The translations under genes were made by a program, and so were the position numbers. Of a stretch of DNA of 64,000 bases, positions 13,528 to 25,925 are shown piece by piece. A model generated the notes under the pieces. It was not told where the DNA came from, did not search any database, and saw only the letters and a list, made by a program, of their open reading frames with translations. Origin of the DNA: Octopus sinensis (lineage: Eukaryota). The stretch lies in contig NC_043015.1 of the NCBI RefSeq assembly GCF_006345805.1, positions 20,026,001 to 20,090,000 on the forward strand, written 5' to 3'. How positions within the stretch are numbered: the stretch's first letter is position 1; each line of letters starts with the position of its first letter.

Positions 13528-14527
13528 TTAAACTCAATTTGAGTCTTCAATGTATTCATTCCAAAGAATGGAACAACATAAGTGAGGACCCAAGCATCAA
13601 CTCTGCCATCACACTTAAAGACAGGACGTAACCATTCTCCATCTTCATATTTTGGTGCATGGTATGTGAGTGGATAATACTCAAATCTAATCAAGCTGGA
13701 TCCATTGATATCTGACCGAATCATTGGACGAGTTATAAATTTTTCCAGTGATTGATAATTAGTTGCCCAACGAGATTTCATGTCAGTAAACCAGCGCTTA
13801 TTTGTGTAACGCTGCTTGAAACCTGCAAAATCAATTACTCTGGCAGTTGTTTTGTCACCAGTTTTCCAAGCAAACGGACCAAAATATTCTCGTGTTACTT
13901 CATTAACATAGCGTGGGTCAGTGTTATTTCCGGGTGATATCCGGTATTTGTATTGGTCAAAGAATACACCAGCACCAACGATCTTGAAGTCACCCATGAC
14001 AGTAGCAATAACCTCTCCATACATCTGGGTATCATGTAAGCGTCGATCACCTCGAAGAATACCAAATTCTTCATACTCATCAACATTTTGAAGAAAATTA
14101 CTGAGAAAGTGAGCCAGCCTCAGTGCAGTACGTCCTTGTGATTCAAACTGCTTCTCAGCACCGAACCCAGCATCTCCTGGAAGAAGCAATTGGTTTGCTG
14201 TGCGGCTTCCGCAGTTGTCTTTGTTGGTGTTTTCTTTACGTTCAAGGATTTCTCGCATTCTCATCCACATGACATTATCAAAGAGATCACGTTTCTTACG
14301 AGAAAGAAGGTCTTCTTTTGGAACATGCCGCCTATATCTACTGGTCCGTAATGGAATGAAATCTTTTGAAGTGTATTTTTTATTTGATTGCAGCCATCTG
14401 AGACTCCTGTGGGACTGAGGAAATATAAGTTTCAGAAATTCGTCTTTCTCAGAACTATAAGATGATATAGACCGTTTCTTCATATTCTCAATAATAGTTG
14501 GGTTCTTCTTTGGGATTACCTGAGAAA
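13528..14527 (-). CDS. GPR158/179-like protein, coding exon 4 (basic linker + Cache-like module 2)
   Basis: Acceptor tttttgtttctag (phase 1, matching exon 3) and donor AA|GTAAGT. 1000 nt. Contains RYRR and RKKR|DLF, then NKDNC, QGRTALRLAHFLSNFLQ, GAGVFFD, YFGPFAW, RWF and WLRPVFKCDGRVDAWVLTYVVPFFG. Confidence 0.9.
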
Positions 14528-16059
14528 CTAGAAACAAAAAATAAAAAATAAAATTAAGTGAATTTTTATCAATCTTTCCTAAAATATCCACAAAACAAAC
14601 AAACAAAAAACCCATCGTCCTTATTATCATCATTTATTATCTGTCTCCCATGCTGGCTTGGGTTAAACAAAAAGACAAACTACATTGGTTGTTTAACCAA
14701 AAAAGATCAGTATTCTTTCAACCAAGATGTACTCAAATGTACAACAGCCTAATCATAGCTTAGTTGGCTGAAACTTCGAAGTCACTGTCAGTACAAATAC
14801 TATTCTTGTTTACATTTGTAAATAATGTACATAATTCCTCATCTCTCAAATAAGGAACTGTACTATTCTTGATAATGGATATTAAATAATTAAATAAGTA
14901 GATACACACACACCAGGCTTCTTTTAGTTTCCATCCACCAAATCTACTTGGCTTTGATTGGTCTGGAGCTGTATAAGACATTTGCCCAAGGTGCCATGCT
15001 GAAGGATTGAACCTGAAACCAAGTGGTTGGGAAGCAAACTTCTGAAGCTCACAGCTATGCTTGCAACCATTCTTAAGGTTAAAATTAATTTTATTATTAT
15101 TATAAGGTGTTTAGCAGCATTTCATTTGTCCTTATGCTCTGAGTTCAAATTCCACCATGGACAACTTTGCCTTCCATCTTTTCAGAGTTGATGTAATCAA
15201 TTTATTCCCTTCCCACAGAATTCCAGGCTTTGTGCCTATAGAAGAAAGGATTATTATATGGTGGTGGTCAGTTGGCTGAATTGTTAGCACATCAGACAAA
15301 ATGCTTAGCATCATTTCGTCGACCTTTATGTTCTGAGTTCAAACTGTGCTGAGTCAACTGTGTCAAGTGCCAGTTGAGCATAAAAAAATAAAACTAGATA
15401 TTTGTTTCCTCAAGCCATACCAAGTTTGTGAGGACCAGTTTCCTGGTTTCATCATCATCATCATCGTTGTTTAACGTCCACTTTCCATGCTGGCATGGGC
15501 TGGATTGTTAAACTGTGAACTGTTAAATCTGATCTGGCAAGGTTTCTACCGCTGGATGCCCTTCCTAACGCCAACCACCTCAAGAGTGTAGTGGGTGCTT
15601 TTTACATGCCACTGGCACAGAAGTGGGGGTGGTAGTCAGGCGGCACTAGTATCAATCATGCTCGAATGGTGCTTTTTATGAACTACTGGCACAGGGGCCA
15701 GTCAGGCAGCAGTGGCACTGACCATGCTTGAAAGGTGATTTTTATGAGCCACTGGTATGGGTACCAGTCAGACAACACTGGCATGTCAGGCAAAATGCTT
15801 AGTGACATTTCACCCATGACTATGTCTGAGTTCAAATCCCGCTGAGGTTGACTTTGCCTTTCATCCTTTTGGGGTCAATAAATTAAGTACCAGTGAAACA
15901 CTAGGGTCGATAATACAGTTCTATATTTAAGAGATGAGGAATTATGTACATTATTTACATTTGATGGATATTTGTCCTCATCTTGTTTGTTGTTATACCT
16001 GATATACCCTCAAGCCTTCATCAGGTGTCGAACCTGTGTTCTCATTCCTAAGGTATTTT

Positions 16060-16400
16060 TCATTGTTGTTGTTGTTGTCATCAAAGACACAAGACAAAAA
16101 CCATACCTGTTAATTGATATGACAGTATCTACTGATACATACATCACAGCAAAGGAATTTGAAAGACTATCAAAATAGAAGGACCTTGAGATTGAGATAT
16201 CTAGGACGTGGCAATTAAAAACCAAAACCATCCCTGTTGCTGAAGGTACTCTAGGAATGATCAAGAAAGGTACTGACAAATTTTTTGACCAAATCCCTGG
16301 GAGACAAACAATCTATTAGACTCCAAAAATTGTGTTGATATCAACTGCCTACATTCTCAGGAAATTTCTCTCCATCACCTGGGTCCCTGGTTGAGACCTA
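16060..16400 (+). mobile_element. RLE-type LINE 3' fragment
   Basis: DMTVSTD...KEFERLSK*KDLEIEISRTWQLKTKTIPV..GTLGMIKK...LQKIVL..TAYILRKFL, the C-terminal endonuclease region. Confidence 0.65.
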
Positions 16401-17299
16401 GTCTGAAGATGAAATTTCAAATTTTGGTATAAGGCCAGCAATTTCAGGAAGGGGGTAAGTTGATGGCATTGACCCCAGTACACAACTGGTACTTATTTTA
16501 TCAATCTTGGAATTTGAACTCAGAAAGTGAAGACATATGAAATGCTGCTAAGCATTTCGCCTGGCATGCTAACAATTCTGCTAGCTTAAGAATAATAATA
16601 ATAACAAGAGCACAAACCTCTGCCAAGACAACATCAATGTCCTCTCAACAATTAGGCAGAGATGATTTTTAAAATGAGAATATCTGAAATAAACTCAACT
16701 ACTCTCACAAGTGAGGATACTAAAACTGAACCCAACCTCTCTCAAAAATTAAGTTAAAAAAACAGGAAAAATAATCCAAAATCTAATCAGTCATGAGGCC
16801 AAACATCTGTGAAAGTTCCATCTGAATCCATCCAGCGGTTCTCAAGATATCTTGTTCACGAATAAACAAGACTGAAAACAATACCTCAACCTTCGCTAAG
16901 GCAGAGGTAATAATAATACAGATACATGATCCTTTATCTGGAGACCCTGGAGACAGTTGTGTTCTGAATTTTAGACTTTTTTAGATTTCAGAAGAAAAGC
17001 CAGCTGTCCTACACTGTAAACTAGACATCAAAACAGACATCCAGCTATGGTAGCAAAAACACATATTATATGTACACACAGTGGGAAAAATATAGGGTAA
17101 TATACTGATAAATGAAACGGTGAGATAATTAAGATCAGAAGTAAAATACACAGAGTGGGATAATTTAAAATAAAAATACATGATCCACAAGTCTAGGTAT
17201 ACACATTACCATAATATTTCTGTACAGAGACACATTAGTATTCACAATAATTTGAATAAAGAAAGACTACAAACTGTATTACAAACTCGGCTAAATATG

Positions 17300-18701
17300 T
17301 AACTTCAGTTAAGTTGTAAAACAGGGCTTGTCAGTGTCACCAACATTGTCATCAGGTTGCAGGCAAACTTCTAATGATGGGTCAGAAACAAGATTCTCAA
17401 CTGACGAAGTTGCACTACAAGAGAGGTCATTTTTAAAGGCTTCATCAAGTGTCATCTGTTTCATTAGCATAGGTTTCTGTCTGAGCAATGTCTCTTTAAT
17501 TGAGTAAACTTCCATAAATAATTGCTCACTGATAAATGCACGTTGTTCAAGACCAGCTTTACTCTTTTACTTGTTTCAGTCATTTGACTGTGGCCATGCT
17601 GGAGCACCGCCTTTAGTCGAGCAAATCGACCCCAGGACTTATTCTTTGTAAGCCTAGTACTTATTCTATCGGTCTCTTTTGCTGAACTGCTAAGTTACAG
17701 GGATGTAAACACACCAGCATCGGTTGTCAAGCGATGTTGGGGTGACAAACACAGACACACACATATATATACATATATAGAATTGGCTTCTTTCAGTTTC
17801 CGTCTACCAAATCCACTCACAGTGGGACTGTACCCAGAGCCATGTGGTTCGTAAGCAAGCTACTTACCACACAGCCACTCCTACGCCTATGATCACAAGT
17901 TTTCATTATATTGTCTGTGGGAATTTTTTCACCCGTGTCCTCAGTGTCATCATCACTACTGTTTTCATTCTTATCCGTATTTAACACCATTTCAGCAACT
18001 TCCCCATCACTCAAGGAATGCACAAGTTCATTACTGCCAATGTTTACCGTTTCTTCAATGTCTGCTTCTTCTAGATCACTTCCACAGGATCAATTTTTCA
18101 TGTACCAGAAGCATGAGCTGATTGCAGGCAAGCTGGACTGGAAGAAAACTGTAAAATTCTATTGTTCCTAGACAACTGCTCTGCACATCTTCCTGCTGAA
18201 GTTCTTGTGAAAAGTAATACTTTCAGCGTTTAGTTGCCTCCCAATGTTTTGATATCATCTGCTTCTCATTAGAGACACAAAATCCTCAAAACTAGTTATC
18301 TATAGGGTTGTTTTCATTAAACATCGTTACTGACCATATTCTGTGCCAGGCATTTGTTACTGTTGATTTATCAATATCTTTCCAAGCATTTGGAACTGCA
18401 TAGACGGCATCCTTAACAGTAAACTCTTTCAGGTAGTCTTGCATTCTCACTCCATTGTTTGACTGCATCAAACACACAGTTCATAAAATTATTTTTATAG
18501 TTGTTCTTCATGGAGCGTTAAATTCCTTGGTCACAAAGCTGTAAAACAGATGTCACATTGGGAGGCAACTAAACACTGAAAGTATTACTTTTCACAAGAA
18601 CTTCAGCAGGAAGATGTGCAGAGCAGTTGTCTAGGAACAATAGAATTTTACAGTTTTCTTCCAGTCCAGCTTGCCTGCAATCAGCTCGTGCTTCTGGTAC
18701 A
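17300..18701 (-). mobile_element. Tigger/pogo-like transposase remnant, interrupted by a SINE and an internal inversion
   Basis: KILLFLDNCSAHLPAE...LPPNVTS (DDE_1-type), KEFTVKDAVYAV.NAWKDIDKSTVTNAWHRIW, acidic LSDGEVAEMVL..., and KQMTLDEAFK. A SINE is inserted at about 17570-17890. Confidence 0.75.
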
Positions 18702-19097
18702 CCCATTTTGTCCAGTGTGCTAACAATCTACCAGCTCGCAATAATCATCATCGTTTAACATCTGTTTTCCATGCTGGCATGGGTTGGACGGTTTGACTGA
18801 GGACTGGCAAGCTCCAATCCAATCTGATCTGGCAAGGTTTCTACAGCTGGATGCCCTTCCTAATGCCAACCACTCCAAGAAATAATGATAATCCTTTCTA
18901 CTATTGGCACAAGGGTTGATTACTTTGACCCCAATGCTCAACTGGTGCTTATTTCATTGGCCCCCAAAAGGATGAAGGGCAAAGTCGAACTTGGTAGCAT
19001 TTGAACTCAAAACATAAAACTGGAAGAAACAATTCTGCCAGCTTGCTGCCTTACAAATAATAATAAGATAAATGAAATAACTAATGAATTTCCTTAC

Positions 19098-19263
19098 AAT
19101 CAACTTTGAGACAATCAAAGCCAGTTTCATATTCTTCTTTTGTAGCAGCTTCTATTTCTACTCCAAGGAATGGTCCATCATGCCACCAGGGATATTTGTA
19201 TCCAGGTAGGCATGCACACATGTAACCACCACGTCGGAAACCAAAACCACTCAAAGGTTCACA
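19098..19263 (-). CDS. GPR158/179-like protein, coding exon 3 (EGF-like segment 1)
   Basis: Acceptor tttctttcag and donor T|GTAAGG. 166 nt, phase 0 to 1. Encodes CEPLSGFGFRRGGYMCACLPGYKYPWWHDGPFLGVEIEAATKEEYETGFDCLKVD. Confidence 0.9.
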
Positions 19264-20614
19264 CTGAAAGAAAATACAAATCAGTTTATTATACATGCAT
19301 ATATGTAAACACACACACACAGACAGTGGCTGAGCATCCTGTCCTTGGTGGGCAACTTTTAAAACACAATGCCTTGGCAGAGTTTCGGGATAGCACACTC
19401 ACATAAGCTGGATTTTCTCTATTTTCACAGACATTTTTCAAAATTTTTTCCACTACATCCTTTACAAACGATGAAATGAAGCTTTTTATGAAAAAATTCT
19501 TTGAAAATGCATGAATCTTTCTTCCCCACTTCCAGACTGATTTTGTTCAATTTTTTTTGCCCTATGCACTTACAATGGGAAATAAATGCAATTTTGGTAA
19601 AAAAAAAAAAAAAAAAAAAAAAGTAATTCTTTGGAAAATTAAAAATTTTTTTTGGTAAAAAAAAAAAAAAAAAAAAAAAAAAGTAATTCTTTGGAAAATT
19701 AAAAATTTTTTTCAAATCTCACTCCCCCACTGAGTTCCAAATTTGGCCAATTTTTTTTGTTGCCTTGAAGGTTTGAAAGAAGAAAAAAAATTGGAAATGG
19801 CAATCTCCACTTCCTTTATTTTCAAACAGAAAATACAACATAATACTGGAATCTTCAATTTTTTCATTAACCTTTCTTTCCCATCCATAAATTCTGAAAT
19901 TTTCATTAACCCTCCATAAATCCTAAAATTTCGATTTTTTACTAAAATTTTTCTTTAATCATAGTTTTAAAATACAAACAGTCTGAATCTGCAATTTGCT
20001 TCTGTTTATGAGTTCAAAATAATTTTCAGACAAAAATGTGTATGATTTAAGGGAGGCTAAGCTGTTGTTTCTAACACATCCCACAACCACCTGCTACCTT
20101 ATGCATTTCTTTGTCACTGTGACAATATCCATTAACAAGAATAGTACAGTTCTATATTTGAGAGAAGAGGAATTATGTACATTTTTTCAATATACCCCCC
20201 CCCCCCCAACATTTTCTGGGATGATGCTGTGGTGGTCTATAGCTAGTATATAAGGCAACAAAAACAACAAAATTTTTAATCCACCATCCTACATCAGGCA
20301 AACCCATGTGTGTGTGTTTAAGAAAAATCATAATTACTAACATAAAAGTATGCTATTAAAATAAATTATCATTTACATACCTTTTGCAAATCACACTGTC
20401 ACCCTAATGAAATTCCATACATACATGCATACACACACACTCAGCATAAGTGATATACTTTTATAGAGAATGAGAGAGAGTGTGATAAAAATGTGTAGAG
20501 AAGGGGAAAGTTTACCATGAGAAAAGCAAAATCGATTTTCAAATTTGGTATATTGATGTACTTTTTCATGCTGAATATGAGTTTGTGATTTGTTTATTCC
20601 AGCAATATTCAAAA

Positions 20615-20651
<37 letters not shown>

Positions 20652-20694
20652 CGAAATCGATCAATGGAAATCGATCAATGGAAATTGCAGATGT

Positions 20695-21050
20695 GTTACC
20701 AGTGCCGGTGGCATGTAAGAGAACCTTCCGTTTCGCGACCGTTGCCAGCACCGCACTGTTTCGTGTCCATTGCCAGCCTTGCCTGGCCCTCGTGTCGGTG
20801 GCACATAAAAAGCACCATCCGTTCGTGGCCATTTGCCAGCTCTGTCTGGCACCAGTGCGGGTGGCACGTAAAAAGCACCCACTACACTCACGGAGTGGTT
20901 GGCGTTAGGAAGGGCATCCAGCCGTAGAAACACTGCCAGATTTGACTGGGCCTGATGAAGCCTTCTGGCTTCACAGACCCCAGTAGAACCGTCCAACCCA
21001 TGCTAGCATGGAAAGCGGATGCTAAACGATGATGATGATGATGATGATGA
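20695..21050 (+). mobile_element. SINE/LINE-tail repeat with GGAAGGGCATCCAGC core and (GAT)n tail (family 2)
   Basis: About 20 copies, e.g. 1375-1640 +, 6045-6335 -, 9425-9750 +, 11090-11505 +, 15455-15785 -, 37840-38190 - and 62930-63450 -. The 3' end resembles RTE-clade tails (inference). It accounts for most spurious WLDALPNANHS-type ORFs in the track. Confidence 0.8.
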
Positions 21051-22448
21051 TATATATATATATATATATAGCAATAAGAAAATGGAAGGGATCAATAGGT
21101 GGTTCATCAATTTTTAGACATTATATTGTGTCAATTTATTTATACATGTATGCATATTCTTGTAATTGTCATTTTAGTAAATAAATAAATAAATTGACAT
21201 AATATAATGTCTAAAAGTTGATGAACCACCTATTGATCCCCTCTATTTCCTTATTGCTCTATAAATTAATGGTAAAATAACTCTTTACCCTCACCCATTT
21301 AGTACACTCAGTAATGTAATTGCAATGCAATAAAAAACACTTGTGTATTAATAATTGGGTATTCTACCAGCAGTATAATGGATAGATATTATCCCTTAGT
21401 GGGTTGGATTCACAACCTCTAATTTTCTTGGAATTAATATATATATATATATATGAGGTTTTGGTATCCAGAGGACCCAAGAGGCAGGTAAGGCTAAATA
21501 AGCACTATGGAAGGACTGCTGTTAAACTCCTGGTTCAATAATAGTATGACTGTGGAGTCTAAGGTGGGTCGTGTCTGAGCATGTATATGTTAAATAAAAT
21601 GAGATAACAAGGCCAGAGCAAAGTGATATTTCTAGGACATTTATAAAGAAGGTGGTCTTACAGTTGTTTCAGGGAAATAAATGATATCCCATCATCAGAG
21701 ACATGTTAAGAGAAAACTCTCTTAACAACTTGTCTCTGATGATGGGATAACATTTATTTCCCTGGAATAGCTGTAAGCCCACCTTTCTATTCATAAATTG
21801 CCTTGGCCGTGTTATCTTATTTTAGTTAACACACACATATATATCATCATCATCTTCATCATCAAATGTCTGTTTTCCATGCGGGCATGGTCTGGACAGT
21901 TTGACCAGAGCCAGTAAGGTCAGAGGCCACCCACCAGACTCCATCAAAGAATAAGTCCTGGGGTCAGTTTGACTAAAAAAAAACCTTTAAGGCAGTGTTC
22001 CAGCATGGCCACAGCCAAATGACTGAAAAAATTAAAAGAATATGTATATATTATAGTAAGTTATGGTGTGTAACAATTTCTATTTTCACAAAACTTGTAA
22101 TCTTTTACAAGACCTTTTAACGTTTACATTTCTTTTACAATTCTGTGGCAAACAGACAATGATGTCAATGTGTCTTCATAAAAAAAAAATATTTGCTTTG
22201 TTCTGCAGTGATGACATTTAAGTTGACACTAATTAAATCGAGATATACAACACAATTGAGACTGGCGATAATAAAATTGACAGAAATGGTGGTGAATTCG
22301 AGTTTGACATCAATGAAATCAAAATTGATGAAATTGAGGAGAAAACTCAGTAAATCTCAACACATCATACACCTGCCACCAGTATTCTTCTCTCAAACCC
22401 TCACATTTCCTTGCATTTACTCAAAGACTTTAAAGGAATCGTTCTCAC

Positions 22449-22575
22449 TAAAGTGGTGGGTTTGCATCGAGCTGTGTTAGCAAAATAGTTTGGTGAGGGA
22501 TTTCCGTCAGCTATTGGACATGGGTTAAAATCAATACGTTCAAATTCCAAATCAACAGTCGTAACAGCCACAAAT
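22449..22575 (-). CDS. GPR158/179-like protein, coding exon 2
   Basis: Acceptor tttcttttag and donor |GTGAGA. 127 nt, phase 2 to 0. Encodes (Q)FVAVTTVDLEFERIDFNPCPIADGNPSPNYFANTARCKPTTL. Not in the ORF track; found by reading the minus strand. Confidence 0.9.
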
Positions 22576-23084
22576 CTAAAAGAAAAAAATATATAACAAG
22601 AGAGTAAAATAAGATAAACAAATAAAACAAAAGCAAATCTTGCAATTTATGAAATTATGTATTTTTTTTATTAAGCACTGGAAGACTACACTCTCTGTCT
22701 TGAGCAAGAGACTTCATTTTATGTGGTTCTTGTCCACTCAACTAGCAAAAATGAGTTGTACCTGGAATCCAAAGGGCCATGGAGTACTCGGCCACTTACA
22801 TGTTAATTTCAGGAGCTGGCTGTTCTGTTGATCGGATTGACTGGAACACTCGTAACTAACAGAGTGACAGTTTTACAAAACACACACATATATATATATT
22901 TTTTTCTTTTACTTGTTTGTCATTTGACTGCAGCCATGCTGGAGCACCACATTTAGTCAAGCATACTGACCCCAGGACTTATTTATTGTATTGGTCTCTT
23001 TTGCTGAGCCGCAAAGTTACGGAGACGTAAATACACCAGCATTGATGTTGTGGGGGACAAGCACAGACAAACATATACACACAT

Positions 23085-23128
<44 letters not shown>

Positions 23129-23378
23129 GATCGGCTTCTTCCAGCTTCCATTTACCAAATCTACTCACAAGGTTTTGGTAGGCTCAAGGTTATATTAGAA
23201 GACTCCTGTGCCCCTATATATATATATATATATATATATATCACCGTGTCCGACAGGCTATCAGATGTTGCTACACATCGCTGGTCACAATGCGCTTCGC
23301 ATTGTTTTAGTCTTCAAATGATGCCACCCCGCTGGCTAAGCAAGCAGGCCATATATATATATATATTATATATATATA

Positions 23379-23423
<45 letters not shown>

Positions 23424-23919
23424 TATATATAAATAACTGCCACAATTTGATGCTAGAACAAACCTGCCAGTCTTGACTCCATTTACAAAGATACTTCAAG
23501 AACAATTTGGAGTTGTTTGTTATATTTGACTCGAGTTTAAAATTCTGATGCTGTGCATTGCTTCTAAGCTGCACCAGGCTCCCATCGGATCTGGCAAGGT
23601 TTCTACAGATGGATGCCCTTCCTAACACCAACCACTTCGAGAGTGTAGTGGGTGCTTTATACATGCCACCGCCACAGGGGTCAGTCAGGTGGTCCTGGCG
23701 TTGATCATGTTCAGATAGTGCTTTTTACATGCCACTGGCACAGGAGCAAGTCAGCAGGTGCTGGCATTGGGCATAGTCAGATGGTGCTTTTTACATGCCA
23801 CCAGCATGGGATTCAGTCAGGCAGACCTGGCATCAACCACAACAAAACACAATTGTTTCTTAAGAGACTTTCTTGTGACATAAACATGGTACAGGCAGGC
23901 ATGCAGTATATATATATAT

Positions 23920-24800
23920 ATAAGGTTAATCCAAACGGGAAAACAGAAAAAACAACAACACAAGGAGGTAGAATAATTAAAGTATTATTATTAGGCGCTC
24001 AGGAAAATGGGAAGAAGGAATATATATATATAATAGAAATAATTTACAAAAAGAAAATAGAAACTACACATGGAAATGTAAGGGGAAAGTAAGAAGAAAA
24101 ATAAGCGAAAATGCACATTGGAAATCGAAAAAGTAAAGGCTTTTTATGAAAAGTAACAATAGATATATACAATTAGATGAACTGAGGTAGGAATAAAAGT
24201 AATAAAAGTCATTATTGTGAATTGTTAAAGAGATTTAAAAACATACTGGTTTCGTAAATTTACTAATCATTGCTTTGAATGCACACCAATTAATGAACAG
24301 TGTCAGGTCTACTAGTCCCTGAGTAAAAAGATTATGAGTAAGGGAGGTAAGTAGTTCTGGTTTTGGTGTAATTAGGGTAGATATAGATCTATAATGTGAA
24401 TGGTGTATGGGATGTATGTGGGTTTGTATTAATTGAAAAGTTAGTAGTATTCTGTATTATGTTATGTGTTCATATTGAGTTGGGGAAGATATTTATAGAT
24501 GAAAGTTGCCTCTGTATTCCTTTTTTGTTGTACTGAGGTGTTCTGTGAACATTGATAGAAGGGGAAAATTAGGAAATTAGGATTAAGATTCCTAGCACAC
24601 CTTTCTATGTGTTCACTAACCTGTATCTATCTGTATTGTGGGTGGCGAATTTGTTCTTTGTGGAGAGTGGCTTTTCGACAGAGTGATATTCCTGCTTGGC
24701 CAATATAATTATTACCACACCCTAAGCATGTCATGGCACAGATTAGATTTTCTGAAGCACAGGTGAAATTTAATTTGATCTTAAATATTTCACCTTCACT
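23920..24800 (-). mobile_element. Penelope-like element remnant (GIY-YIG endonuclease and 3' region)
   Basis: Minus strand 24790 to 24471 reads FTCASENLICAMTCLGCGNNYIGQAGISLCRKATLHKEQIRHPQYR*IQVSEHIERC...KRNTEATFIYKYLPQLN, the PLE-type GIY-YIG with CxxC insert. Confidence 0.8.
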
Positions 24801-24859
24801 TTAAACAAGGTTTGACCACTTCCTGTACCTATATCTTAGAACCATCATGGCCATCCGAT

Positions 24860-25350
24860 GTGGCTTTTTAAACCAGACAATGTTCTGAAAAGATACCCAC
24901 ACAGATTGCATATCTGATTTAGACCACCAAGAGCTGCAGATAAGTTCTGATCTTTGTGGATCTTAAAATGTCTTTTGAAGCCTCCTTTGGATTTGCAAAC
25001 CTAGCATACGCTGCATTCAAAGGTGTGCTCAGACATATAGGCAGAATAATTGGTGGAAATTCGTTTTCCATGGGTTCACTGATGAGATTTGAGTCCAGCA
25101 AAAGACAGGTATGGTCTGTCACAGACTGTGCACACAAAAAGGTCATTGTTATTCACCTTCCTGATAGTTACATTCTTCTTTAGATCTCTGAGTCCTACAT
25201 GCACTATCCTGGGCTCTTCAAATGCTTTCACTCCACTCTACACTTTTATTCGCCATTCAACTCGATCCGAAGCAAGGGTTTCTATGTCTTCTGGATCCAT
25301 TCCAAGTGACTTCATAGTAGTCCTTAAACATCTTTTTTAGGTTTACGCCA
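24860..25350 (-). mobile_element. RTE-like LINE 3' end with C2H2 zinc fingers
   Basis: CTVCDRPYLSFAGLKSHQ*TH and ICNLCGYLFRTLSGLKSH resemble the C-terminal fingers of RTE-like LINEs. Interrupted by stops. Confidence 0.55.
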
Positions 25351-25540
25351 ATAGTGTTTCCCCTCTGCAAGATCTGTTTTGGCATGCACTCATCTGCCAT
25401 TCAAACAATCTGGCCACACCATCTCATTTGCTTCCTCAAAATCATAGCTTCAATTGAGGTGATGACTGCAGATGCAAGGACATCTGTGTTTGGGATAAAA
25501 GGACTCCATTTAATTTTTTTAAAAAGTTTACATACATATA

Positions 25541-25925
25541 GGCGCAGGAGTGGCTGTGTGGTAAGTAGCTTGCTAACCAACCACATGGTTCCGGGTTCAG
25601 ACCCACTGCATGGCATCTTGGGCAAGTGTCTTCTGCTATAGCCCCGGGCCGACCAATGCCTTGTGAGTGGATTTGGTAGACGGAAACTGAAAGAAGCCTG
25701 TCGTATATATGTATATATATATGTGTGTGTGTGTGTTTGTCCCCCTAGCATTGCTTGACAACCAATGCTGGTGTGTTTATGTCCCCGTCACTAAGCGGTT
25801 CGGCAAAAGGAGACCGATAGAATAAGTACTGGGCTTACAAAGAATAAGTCCCGGGGACGATTTGCTCGACTAAAGGCGGTGCTCCAGCATGGCCGCAGTC
25901 AAATGACTGAAACAAGTAAAAGAGA
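25541..25925 (+). mobile_element. tRNA-head SINE, near full length (family 1)
   Basis: Head GGCTGTGTGGTAAG...GGTTCAG with A/B-box-like elements, a microsatellite middle, and tail GCTCCAGCATGGCCGCAGTCAAATGACTGAAACAAG. More than 15 copies in both orientations, e.g. about 6935-7320 +, 12455-12815 -, 17570-17890 -, 22910-23220 -, 39410-39665 + and 57415-57790 -. Confidence 0.8.

Noticed and set aside
14528-14633. N-terminal part of the 369-aa track ORF
   Set aside because: Intronic polypyrimidine tract upstream of the exon 4 acceptor. The 5' parts of track ORFs 5658..6146, 19081..19398, 44195..44470 and 57241..57516 are likewise intronic.
19592-19713. ~60-bp tandem duplication with long poly-A runs
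   Set aside because: Homopolymer-rich exact duplication in a stretch with inflated homopolymers; likely slippage or an assembly artefact.
22193-22480. 95-aa plus-strand ORF and an acidic alternate frame
   Set aside because: The acidic frame has stops, there is no recognisable family, and it overlaps the antisense of exon 2.
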